A stretch of 61,281 nt of DNA, the filler included. It is 7 parts of 7 records of this genome, joined end to end, with 100 filler letters (N's around TTAATTAATTAA, not from the genome) between each part and the next. Parts side by side here need not be neighbours in the genome. Positions count along the whole stretch, not along the records: positions 51,557 to 61,281 come from SRR31147125_60280; 6 more parts are not named here. One strand, given 5' to 3'. The notes under the pieces were generated by a model. That model saw only the letters and a program-made list of their open reading frames with translations, had not been told where the DNA came from and did no database searches. Position numbers and translations under genes: made by a program. This document shows positions 52,545 through 61,281 of this stretch, piece after piece. Numbering within the stretch: position 1 is the stretch's first letter; the number at the start of each line of letters is the position of its first letter.

Positions 52545-54341
52545 ATGAAACACGTGAATAAAACCTTTTCTCAACAGATCTCCTATATCTGGTGGCTGAT
52601 GATTGGCTTTGCCGCTGCCCTGGTCCTTGTCTGGCAGGTCACTGTCTGGACCTACCATCGCGCTCTTGGTGACCTGGCTGCAACTGGAACCGAGCGCCTG
52701 GCCCTTTATGAAGCAACGCTGAATGAGGCGCTTAGCCGGTATGCTTACCTGCCGTTTGTTCTTTCTCAGAATATTGACATTCAGATTATGCTGAAGTCTC
52801 AGTTCAACATTGAACTGGTGAATCGCTACCTTGAAAAACTGAATTCAGAAGCCGGCTCCGAGGCGCTCTATGTCATGGGAAAAGTCGGGGATACAATCGC
52901 AGCCAGCAATTGGCAGGCACCCTTAACCTATGTTGGTCGTAATTATGGTTACAGACCCTATTTTACCGATGCGAAAGAGGGGAAAAAGGGCCGCTTCTTT
53001 GCCATCGGTGCGACCACGGGGATCCCGGGTTATTTTCTGTCGCATCCGGTGACCCAGGATGGTGAATTCCTCGGCGCAACCGTCGTCAAGACCGATCTGG
53101 CACGTCTGCAGGACGACTGGCGGCGCGGCGGAGAAATTGTCCTTGTCAGTGACAGCAACGGTGTCCTCTTCCTGTCGAGTCGGGATGCCTGGCGTTATCG
53201 TACGCTGGCCCCCCTGTCGGATGCTCAACGGGCGATCATCACTGCCGGACGGCAGTACGGAGACAAGCCGCTGGGGTCTCTCGGTCTGGATGTGAACAAG
53301 GTCATCTCGGAGGATGGTACCCTCGTCCGCTTCGAAAAAGAAAACTTTCTGATGCTGTCGAGCCTGGTACCGGGCACAGGTTGGAAGATCCATCATCTGT
53401 CAACGATGTCATCGGTTCAACAGCAGGCCCAGGCGGTCGCATCAACCGGAGTTGTCGGGACATTGCTCATGCTTTCAATCGGCCTGTTTCTGCACGAACG
53501 TCGTCAAAAGCAGCTGTCGCGCAGAAAGGCTCGTGAGGCTGAGACCATCCAGGCTGTCAATGAGCAATTGCAGCTGGAGGTCGCGGAGCGAACGCGCACG
53601 GCTGATGCTCTGCGCGAAGCTCAGGATGAGTTGATCCAGGCCGGAAAACTGGCCGCGCTCGGACACATGGCTGCCGGGATTGTGCACGAGTTGAATCAGC
53701 CGATTTCCGCGATCAAAACGCAGGCCGCAAGTGGGCGTTTGCTGCTTGATCGTGAACAACCGGAGAAGGCCCGTGAGACGCTGGAGGCGGTGTCGCGGAT
53801 TACCGAACATATGGGTTCGATTACCAGGCAGTTGAAGAGCTTTGCTTATAAAGGGCAGTCGCAGAAAGAGATCGTTGTTCTCCAGGACTCACTCGATGGG
53901 GCCCTGGCGATCACCGCCCCTCTGGTCAGTGAGTATCAGGTAGATCTGGATGTTGACATGCCGAGTGAGGTGATCGAGATATCTGCTGTCAGCGGGCGCA
54001 TGAAGCAGGTTTTTATCAACCTGATCCGCAATGCGATTGACGCGATGGCTTCAAGCCCGGTTCGCCGCCTGAAAATCAATATGCTGAAAGAAAACGATGA
54101 CATTCTGATCGAGTTTCGGGATAGCGGCGGCGGAATCCCGGAAGAGTTGCAGGATGATCTGTTTACGCCGTTTATCACAACCAAAGAGGTCGGCGAAGGG
54201 CTCGGCCTCGGGTTGTCGATATCCTATCGGATTATCAATGATTTAAACGGGACGATCCGAGTGTACAACGGCTCCGAAGGTGGAGCCTGCTTCGAAATCA
54301 GGCTTCCTGTGCTTCTGGAAAAGGGTGAAAATGATGGCTGA
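52545..54341 (+). CDS. dctB: C4-dicarboxylate sensor histidine kinase
   Basis: AASNW....YVG.NY..RPYF, AIGATTG.PGYF, QAGKLAALG.MAAG..HELNQP and GLGLGL. Confidence 0.9.
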   Translation: MKHVNKTFSQQISYIWWLMIGFAAALVLVWQVTVWTYHRALGDLAATGTERLALYEATLNEALSRYAYLPFVLSQNIDIQIMLKSQFNIELVNRYLEKLNSEAGSEALYVMGKVGDTIAASNWQAPLTYVGRNYGYRPYFTDAKEGKKGRFFAIGATTGIPGYFLSHPVTQDGEFLGATVVKTDLARLQDDWRRGGEIVLVSDSNGVLFLSSRDAWRYRTLAPLSDAQRAIITAGRQYGDKPLGSLGLDVNKVISEDGTLVRFEKENFLMLSSLVPGTGWKIHHLSTMSSVQQQAQAVASTGVVGTLLMLSIGLFLHERRQKQLSRRKAREAETIQAVNEQLQLEVAERTRTADALREAQDELIQAGKLAALGHMAAGIVHELNQPISAIKTQAASGRLLLDREQPEKARETLEAVSRITEHMGSITRQLKSFAYKGQSQKEIVVLQDSLDGALAITAPLVSEYQVDLDVDMPSEVIEISAVSGRMKQVFINLIRNAIDAMASSPVRRLKINMLKENDDILIEFRDSGGGIPEELQDDLFTPFITTKEVGEGLGLGLSISYRIINDLNGTIRVYNGSEGGACFEIRLPVLLEKGENDG

Positions 54342-55703
54342 CGTGTTGAACCGGGTTTTTCTGGTTGATGATGATGCAGAAATGAGAGCTGCGACCGGGC
54401 AGTGGCTGGAATTATCCGGTTATGACGTCACTGTTTTTGCGGATGCACCGACGGCGCTGCAGTGCCTTGATGCCGGTTTTCCCGGTGTGGTCGTCAGCGA
54501 TGTCCGGATGCCGAAAATGGACGGGCTTGAGTTCCTGACCCGATTGAGTCAGCTTGATCCTGACATCCCGATGATTCTCGTGTCGGCACATGGCGACGTG
54601 CAGATGGCCGTCGATGCTATGCGGCAAGGGGCGTACGATTTTATCGAAAAGCCGTTTGAGCCGGAGCGTCTGCTGGAAATTGTTCAGCGCAGTATCGAGA
54701 AACGACACCTGGTTATTGAGAATCGTGACCTGCGCAGGCAGTTGGCCGGGACGGAATCAATCGATCGGCGTCTGCTCGGCAACAGTGCCGCAATCAGTCG
54801 GTTGCGTGATGAAATTCTTGATGTTGCTGACACCGATGCTCCGGTTCTGATCTCGGGAGAAACCGGGACGGGAAAAGAAGTTGTCGCGCGCTGTCTTTAC
54901 GAGTTTGGTGGACGGTCGCAAGGAAAATACGTCGCCGTCAACTGCGGCGCCGTGCCCGAAAATATGTTTGAAAGTGAGCTGTTCGGACATGAACGGGGCG
55001 CTTTTACCGGGGCGGATAAGAGGCGGATTGGCCGCTTCGAATACGCGCGAGGGGGGTCCTCTTTCTGGATGAGATCGGGACCATGCCGCTTGCCATGCAG
55101 ATCAAGGTTCTGAGAGTCCTGCAGGAGCGCGAAGTTGTCAGGATTGGGAGCAATGATTCCCAGCCGATCGACATCCGCCTGATCAGTGCGACCAACAAAG
55201 ACTTGCGCGAGGGGTGCGCTGACGGATCCTTTCGTGAGGACCTTTATTATCGGATCAATGTTGTTGAGCTCCACGTTCCGCCATTGAAGGAGCGTGGCGA
55301 GGACATCCCCTTTCTGTTCGATTATTTCACCGGGCAGGCTGCAGCCCACTATAACCGACCGAATGTCTCACTGCAGGGGGCGGATATCGGTTTGCTTATG
55401 GGGCATGACTGGCCGGGCAATGTCCGTGAGCTGAAAAATCTGGCCGAGCGTTACGTGCTCTCATCTCTGCCTCTGGAACAGCGGTTAGGTTCGATTATGC
55501 AGCAGGGAGACACTCAGGCTGGAGCGCAAAAGCCAACTCTGCAGGGAATGATGCGCCAGCATGAACGCCTGCTCCTGGAACAGGCGCTGGCCTCCTGCCG
55601 AGGCGATGTCCAGGCGATGATGGATCAGCTCGACCTCCCGCGCAGGACACTGAACGAAAAGCTGCAGAAGCACAATCTTGATCGTAAAAAATACCTGCCT
55701 TAA
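54331..55703 (+). CDS. dctD: Sigma54-dependent response regulator DctD; one frameshift
   Basis: Receiver DDD/D.RMP/KP, GETGTGKE, GAFTGA; one G missing from G6 at 55051-55056 before LFLDEIG; WPGNVREL and HTH. Confidence 0.88.
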
Positions 55704-55706
55704 TTC

Positions 55707-55760
55707 TTTGAGCGGTTTTTTGCCACTTCAGGGACTGGGACCGGCAAGAATCCGCTCAAA
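55707..55760. promoter_or_regulatory. Candidate DctD upstream activator sites (inverted repeat)
   Basis: TTTGAGCGGTTTTTTGCC ... GGCAAGAATCCGCTCAAA, about 50-100 nt upstream of a sigma54 promoter. Confidence 0.5.
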
Positions 55761-55809
55761 AATCGTCGCTATCTGCTAAAAAGCCTGTTGAATCCGCTAT
55801 AATCGTATC

Positions 55810-55824
55810 TGGCACAACCTTTGC
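55810..55824 (+). promoter_or_regulatory. Sigma54 (-24/-12) promoter
   Basis: TGGCACAACCTTTGC with exact GG-N10-GC spacing, upstream of the TAXI gene. Confidence 0.85.
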
Positions 55825-55884
55825 CATTGAATCTGTTCAGCTCTCATTTTTTGGTAAAGGCTTAACTCTATTCTCAGGAGGTGT

Positions 55885-56919
55885 GTGAAGATGATTTTGA
55901 AACGATTCAAGCAGGTTGCATTCGTCGTTCTGGCCGTGATGTTTGTTAGTGGTTCTCTGACAACCGTTGAAGCGGCTCCCAAAGAACGCAACTATCTTCT
56001 GGCAACAGCGTCCACCGGCGGGACTTACTATCCTGTTGGTGTTGCTCTGTCAACTCTGATCAAGGTTAAATTGCAGCCGAAGCAGAAGATCGGCATGTCG
56101 GCGATCAACTCTGCCGGCTCCGGTGAAAACGTCAAACTGCTGCGTGAAGACGAAGTACAGTTTGCCATCCTGCAGGGTCTCTTCGGTTCCTATGCCTGGA
56201 ATGGGACCGGCCCGATCGCTAAAGAAGGTCCGCAGAAGAACCTGCGCGCCGTTTCCATGCTGTGGCAGAATGTTGAGCACTACGCTGTTCTCAAGAAGTT
56301 CGCCAAGAGCGGAACTGTTGCTGACCTGACCGCGATGAAGGGCGAAGCGATGTCGATGGGCAAGAAGAACTCGGGAACCATCGGCTCCAATAGCGTTATC
56401 CTTGGCAATCTTGGTGTCGATATCAGCAAAGACTACAAGCTGATTCATGTCGGTTATGGCCCGTCTGCGGACGCGCTGCAGAACGGTCAGATCTCCGGCT
56501 TCGGTATCCCTGCGGGTGTCCCGGCCAGCGCGGTCACCAAGGCTGTTGCAAACCTGGGCGACAAGATGGCGATCCTCGATTTCACCGACGCTCAAATGAA
56601 GCAAGCGGATGGTGGATTGGGCCTCTGGACCCGTTACACGATCCCAGCCGGGACCTATCCGGGCCAGAAAAAAGAAATCAACACCATCGCTCAACCGAAC
56701 TTCCTCGGTGTTCGTGCTGATGTTGATGAGGACGCGGTTTACCAGATTACAAAAACGATTTACGAGAACCTGCCGTTCCTCAATGCGATCCACGGTGCCA
56801 CCAAAGCGATGGCTATCGAAAAAGCGATTGCTGGGCTGCCGATGCCTCTGCATCCTGGTTCCCTCAAGTATTACAAAGAGGTGGGTGTCAAGGTTCCTGC
56901 TCACCTGATCGCTGACTGA
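55885..56919 (+). CDS. TAXI family TRAP solute-binding subunit
   Basis: ATASTGGTYY..G, SAGS.EN, G..NSG and PLHPG motifs; RBS AGGAGG. Confidence 0.93.
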   Translation: MKMILKRFKQVAFVVLAVMFVSGSLTTVEAAPKERNYLLATASTGGTYYPVGVALSTLIKVKLQPKQKIGMSAINSAGSGENVKLLREDEVQFAILQGLFGSYAWNGTGPIAKEGPQKNLRAVSMLWQNVEHYAVLKKFAKSGTVADLTAMKGEAMSMGKKNSGTIGSNSVILGNLGVDISKDYKLIHVGYGPSADALQNGQISGFGIPAGVPASAVTKAVANLGDKMAILDFTDAQMKQADGGLGLWTRYTIPAGTYPGQKKEINTIAQPNFLGVRADVDEDAVYQITKTIYENLPFLNAIHGATKAMAIEKAIAGLPMPLHPGSLKYYKEVGVKVPAHLIAD

Positions 56920-56932
56920 TAGTGCCATAATG

Positions 56933-56968
56933 TACGGCCACTCCTTCAGGGGGTGGCCGTATTTTTTT
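56933..56968 (+). terminator. Intercistronic stem-loop/attenuator
   Basis: TACGGCCACTCC-TTCA-GGGGGTGGCCGTA followed by T7, between the SBP and permease genes. Confidence 0.7.
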
Positions 56969-56985
56969 GCCTGGAGATTGGTTAC

Positions 56986-59067
56986 ATGTCGGAAAAAGAA
57001 TCTGAAAATTTTAAACCGGAATCGAAAGTCCTGCTTGTTCTGGGGGTCGCCGTTTCGGTGATGCACATCTGGTTCAATGTCTTCGCTGTGCTCCCTTCGC
57101 TGTGGCAGAACTCTCTGCACTTTGCCGGATTTGCCCTGATTGCGGCCTTTCTGTATCCACTCAGAAAGGAGGGCTCAGCGGCCTGGCGGGTGGCTGATGT
57201 TGTCCTTGGGGTTGTGGCCGCCAGCTGTGCCTTATACCTGATCGGTATGGAAGATGCGATCTATGATCGCGGTGTCAGGTTGGCGACAGGTGAATGGGTG
57301 GCAGGAATTCTGCTGCTCGCCTGTGTCCTGGAGTTTACCCGGAGGGTCGCAGGCTGGTTTATCCCGGTCCTGATCATCATCGCATTAACCTATGTCGGCT
57401 GGTGGGGACAATACGTCTCAGGCGTGTTTAAATTTGCCGGGTTAAGCTCCGAAACCATTCTGTTCCGCAGTGTTTACGGGGATGACGCTCTCTTTGGAAC
57501 CATTGCCCAGATTTCTTCGACTTATGTGTTTATGTTCCTCCTTTTTGGAGCTTTTCTCCTGCGCTCCGGTGCGGGTGAGTTCGTCATCGACCTGGCAAGA
57601 GCGGTCGCTGGGCGCCTGGTCGGTGGCCCGGGGCTTGTTGCCGTTATGGCTTCAGGCCTGATGGGAACGATCTCGGGGTCAGCCGTCGCGAATACCGCAT
57701 CGACCGGTGTTATTACCATTCCCCTGATGAAGAAGGCCGGTTTCCCGGCCAAGTTTGCTGCCGGAACAGAAGCGGCTGCGTCGACCGGCGGTCAGTTGAT
57801 GCCGCCGATTATGGGGGCCGGTGCTTTTGTCATGGCGACCTATACCCAGATTTCCTACAACACGATCGTGCTTGTCAGTATTCTCGCCGCGGTTCTTTAT
57901 TTTGCTACGGTCGCCTTCTTTGTGCGGATCGAAGCAAAGCGCAACTTCGTCACGGCTCTGGATGGCGAGAAAGTCTCTGCGATCGAAGTTCTCAAGAAGG
58001 GCGGGATCGTCTTCCTGGTTCCGATCGGGGTTCTGATCGCGTTGCTGATTTACGGTTTTACACCGACCTATGCCGCTGGGCTCAGCATTATTGCCGTTGT
58101 CGTCTCCTCCTGGTTCAGTTCCAATAAGATGGGGCCGAAGGCCATTATCGAAGCGATGGCTCTGGGGGCGAAGAATATGGTCATGACGGCCATTCTCCTT
58201 TGCGCTGTCGGTCTGATTGTTAACGTCATTGCCACGGCTGGTGTCGGCAACACCTTCTCGTTAATGATTACGCAATGGGCTGGACACAGTCTTGTGATTG
58301 CCATTGTGTTGATTGCTCTGGCATCACTGGTTCTCGGGATGGGATTGCCGGTCACGGCGGCCTATATTGTTCTCGGGACCCTTTCAGCTCCGGCTCTGCA
58401 TGGCTTGATCGCTGATGGTCTGCTGGTTGAAGCTCTGGCGAACGGTCAGGTGACGGAAGCAGCAAAAACGATGTTTGCTCTGGCTGCTCCGGATAAGTTG
58501 GCAGAAATCGGTCAACCGATGAGCCAGGCGGCCGCGCGTGCCATCATAGACGCGGTCCCTGTTGACCTGATCGGTACGATCCGGGAGATGATGCTCAGCC
58601 CGGATGTCATGACCTACGCACTTCTGTCGGCCCACTTGATCGTGTTCTGGCTCAGCCAGGACTCGAACGTCACGCCTCCGGTTGCCCTGGCGGCTTTTAC
58701 CGGCGCTGCGATCGCTGGTACCAAGCCGATGGAGACTGGATTTCAGTCCTGGAAGGTGGCGAAGGGATTGTACATTGTTCCCCTGCTGTTTGCCTATACA
58801 CCGTTTATTGGCGGTGCGTGGAACGAAGTTTTGATGATCTTTGTCTTTGCCCTGTTTGGACTCTATGCGTTTACGGCGGCTCTGCAGGGTTTTATGGAGG
58901 CGAGGCTGAATCCGGTCATGCGTCTGTTGACCTTCATCTGCGCCGTTGCCCTGTTGTGGCCAACGACTTGGGCCATTCATCTGGCTGGCCTGATTGCTCT
59001 TCTGGTGATCTTCTCCTTGAGTTGGAAAGCTTCACGGCAACAGGTTTTGGAGGAGACAACGGCCTGA
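56986..59067 (+). CDS. TRAP transporter fused 4TM/12TM permease
   Basis: SGSAVAN, ASTGGQLMPPIMGAGAF, LGMGLP..AAY and TPPVAL motifs; ATG with GGAG RBS. Confidence 0.93.
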   Translation: MSEKESENFKPESKVLLVLGVAVSVMHIWFNVFAVLPSLWQNSLHFAGFALIAAFLYPLRKEGSAAWRVADVVLGVVAASCALYLIGMEDAIYDRGVRLATGEWVAGILLLACVLEFTRRVAGWFIPVLIIIALTYVGWWGQYVSGVFKFAGLSSETILFRSVYGDDALFGTIAQISSTYVFMFLLFGAFLLRSGAGEFVIDLARAVAGRLVGGPGLVAVMASGLMGTISGSAVANTASTGVITIPLMKKAGFPAKFAAGTEAAASTGGQLMPPIMGAGAFVMATYTQISYNTIVLVSILAAVLYFATVAFFVRIEAKRNFVTALDGEKVSAIEVLKKGGIVFLVPIGVLIALLIYGFTPTYAAGLSIIAVVVSSWFSSNKMGPKAIIEAMALGAKNMVMTAILLCAVGLIVNVIATAGVGNTFSLMITQWAGHSLVIAIVLIALASLVLGMGLPVTAAYIVLGTLSAPALHGLIADGLLVEALANGQVTEAAKTMFALAAPDKLAEIGQPMSQAAARAIIDAVPVDLIGTIREMMLSPDVMTYALLSAHLIVFWLSQDSNVTPPVALAAFTGAAIAGTKPMETGFQSWKVAKGLYIVPLLFAYTPFIGGAWNEVLMIFVFALFGLYAFTAALQGFMEARLNPVMRLLTFICAVALLWPTTWAIHLAGLIALLVIFSLSWKASRQQVLEETTA

Positions 59068-59093
59068 TATTTATCTCCGATTATGTTTGATAG

Positions 59094-59124
59094 AAGACCC
59101 GGCAAAAAGGCTGGGTCTTTTTTT
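59094..59124 (+). terminator. Rho-independent terminator
   Basis: AAGACCCGGC-AAAAAG-GCTGGGTC followed by T7. Confidence 0.75.
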
Positions 59125-59229
59125 GTACTTTTAAAAATAAGAAATGTATAATTTTATGCTTTTAATTTGTCCCCTCATATCATATGATATCTCAAAGTCA
59201 ACTACTTCATCTTGTTTCGGGGGAAAGTT

Positions 59230-61281
59230 ATGAAAATCAGGGCGAAATTTATTATTCCGATTGTTGGACTGGTTGTTGTTTCTGCCATTGTTGCCATTGT
59301 TGCCATGAATGTGACCGTTCGCGGTCTTGTCAATGAGCAGGAAGAGACACTGATGGAGTACGCGCATAAGAACCTGACCGATCAGGCGGCGGTTCGCCAG
59401 AGCGCAATCTATTCGAGTATTGATCAATTGGGAAAGGCCGCTCTGAATGAGGCCGCCCTGTTCTCAGAAATCCCTGATATTCAGGATGTTTACGAAGTTG
59501 CAAACTCGGGTAACCTGAATGACGAGAACGACATCATGATGCAGCAGGCGCGACAGAAACTGCGCATCGTGATGGGAGCATATATTGATGGTTTAAAGAA
59601 GCAGACCGGCGCAAAAGAATTCAAAATTCATTTCCACACCACGAGTGGTCGCAGTTTGTCCCGCTTGTGGCGTAATAATTGGCAGGCGAAACGTAACGGC
59701 AAAAAGGTCGACATCTCGGATGATTTGACCTCGTTCCGCAAAACGGTCGTGCAGATCAATAAGGGGGACCATAAACCTCTCAGCGGTATTGAAATTGGTC
59801 GTGGAGGTTTCGCGATTCGCGGACTGGCAGCGGTCAAAGGATTTGATGGCGAGCACGTTGGTTCGGTCGAAGTATTAAAGTCTTTTGGTGAAGTGCTGAA
59901 AAATAATCATACCGGCAACGATTATCAGATCGCTGTCTATATGATGGCCGAGCAGTTACCCATTGCGACCAAACTTCAGGACCCGACGAAAAATCCGGTG
60001 CTGGACGGAAAGTATGTTTTTACCTCGTCCACCAATAGAAAAATGACGGACAAGTTTATCACCTCGGCCATCCTTGATGCGGGTCGAAACAAAAGCAATG
60101 AACAGGTCATCGGCGGAAAATTCGTCAAAACCTTCCCGATCCCTGATTTTTCCGGGAAAGTTGTTGGCGTCATGGGTCTGATCTATGAGATGGATGCAGT
60201 CAATAGCCTGATTAGTCAGATTAAGGAATCGGGCGAAAATACCATCAGTGCGATAGGCTGGCGCTTTGGTGGCGGTGGTCTGTTTCTGGTTATTGTTCTG
60301 ATCGGGACCGTCATTTATGTCACCCGCATGGTTGTCAATCCACTGCAGATGGGCGTCAAAGTTGCTCATAAAATCGCTCTGGGTGACCTGAGTGAGTCGG
60401 TCAATTATCAGAGCAAAGATGAGGTGGGTGATCTCGCTGAATCGATTAATCGGATGGTGGAGAGCCTTAAGAAAAAGGCGGAAGAAGCCACGCAGATCGC
60501 TCAGGGGAATCTGAAAGTTCAGGTCGGCATCTCTTCCGATCAGGATGTCATGGGGATCGCCTTCAAGAAAATGGTTGAAAATCTGAATGAGGTGATGACG
60601 GAGGTCTCCCGCGCCTCGGTTCAGATCGACGCCGGAAGCGCCCAGGTCTCTGATACGGCTCAGACGTTGTCGCAAGGGTCCACGGAATCCGCAGCGTCTC
60701 TGGAAGAGATCAGCAGCTCAATGAACGAAATTGGCAGCCAGACCCAGCAGAGTGCGGACAACGCTGGACAGGCAAACCAGCTGGCCAATAACGCACAGAA
60801 CGCTGCAAAGACCGGCAGTGATCGAATGGGGGATATGGTCAAGGCAATGACCGAGATCAACGAAGCTGGCCAGAATATCAACAAGATCATCAAGGTTATT
60901 GATGAGATCGCTTTCCAGACGAACCTGTTGGCACTTAACGCAGCTGTTGAGGCGGCTCGTGCCGGGCAGCATGGCAAGGGCTTTGCCGTGGTCGCTGAAG
61001 AAGTCCGTAACTTGGCGGCACGCAGTGCGAAGGCTGCTGAAGAAACGGCTCAGCTGATTGAAGGATCGGTTGCGAAAGCTGAAAACGGAACCCAGATTGC
61101 TGAAAAGACTGCGGAAGCATTGAGCGAAATCGTCAGCTCAATTACTCAGGTAACTGATCTGGTTGCGGAAATTGCTGCTGCAAGCAATGAACAGGCTCAA
61201 GGTATTTCTCAGATTAATCAGGGCCTGGGTCAGATCGACACCGCTGTTCAGCAGAGTACGGCAACGGCCGAAGAGTCAGCC
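59230..61281 (+). CDS. Methyl-accepting chemotaxis protein with Cache sensor (runs off window end; absent from ORF track)
   Basis: [27 protein letters not shown] Cache motif, second TM, HAMP and [37 protein letters not shown]. Confidence 0.95.
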   Translation, partial: MKIRAKFIIPIVGLVVVSAIVAIVAMNVTVRGLVNEQEETLMEYAHKNLTDQAAVRQSAIYSSIDQLGKAALNEAALFSEIPDIQDVYEVANSGNLNDENDIMMQQARQKLRIVMGAYIDGLKKQTGAKEFKIHFHTTSGRSLSRLWRNNWQAKRNGKKVDISDDLTSFRKTVVQINKGDHKPLSGIEIGRGGFAIRGLAAVKGFDGEHVGSVEVLKSFGEVLKNNHTGNDYQIAVYMMAEQLPIATKLQDPTKNPVLDGKYVFTSSTNRKMTDKFITSAILDAGRNKSNEQVIGGKFVKTFPIPDFSGKVVGVMGLIYEMDAVNSLISQIKESGENTISAIGWRFGGGGLFLVIVLIGTVIYVTRMVVNPLQMGVKVAHKIALGDLSESVNYQSKDEVGDLAESINRMVESLKKKAEEATQIAQGNLKVQVGISSDQDVMGIAFKKMVENLNEVMTEVSRASVQIDAGSAQVSDTAQTLSQGSTESAASLEEISSSMNEIGSQTQQSADNAGQANQLANNAQNAAKTGSDRMGDMVKAMTEINEAGQNINKIIKVIDEIAFQTNLLALNAAVEAARAGQHGKGFAVVAEEVRNLAARSAKAAEETAQLIEGSVAKAENGTQIAEKTAEALSEIVSSITQVTDLVAEIAAASNEQAQGISQINQGLGQIDTAVQQSTATAEESA

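Noticed and set aside
56050-57120. 356-aa minus-strand ORF
   Set aside because: Antisense to the well-supported TAXI gene
1-61281. CRISPR arrays, rRNA, tRNA, integrases, transposases, phage or defence genes
   Set aside because: None recognised by eye; a covariance-model or HMM scan would be needed to exclude short or divergent ones

Overview
This window is not one contiguous locus. It is seven bacterial contig fragments (about 1-5979, 6080-11508, 11609-17734, 17835-33667, 33768-45456, 45557-51456, 51557-61281) joined by identical artificial 100-nt linkers (N44-TTAATTAATTAA-N44), so gene adjacency across linkers means nothing. Gene content and visibly different base composition suggest one or more Desulfobacterota (delta-proteobacterial) genomes; this is inference. 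Most genes are recognisable housekeeping, transport or signalling genes: mpl, birA, ahcY, recQ, fumC, trmO, exeA/exeB/gspN/gspE, uraA, a cobalamin riboswitch with btuB, dctB/dctD with a TAXI-TRAP transporter, and an MCP. Five genes are split by indels in homopolymer runs that look like sequencing errors. The standout is an AT-rich, co-directional cluster at 35636-45456. It has two paralogous solute-binding proteins with no ABC partner, a DapF-fold epimerase with an altered substrate pocket, an MFS transporter fused to a large N-terminal membrane-anchored region, a ~530-aa unknown protein with weak BshC-like motifs, and a Cache/HAMP histidine kinase. Together these resemble an undescribed make/export/sense system for a modified amino-acid signal. 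Other notable items are a CosR/EctR-type MarR gene divergent from an AsnB-type amidotransferase, REP/MITE-like inverted repeats, a 13-bp-period array upstream of a CoA-disulfide reductase-rhodanese gene, a BirA operator, two sigma54 promoters and a collapsed amidohydrolase pseudogene. All calls come from motif recognition by eye; no database searches were run.
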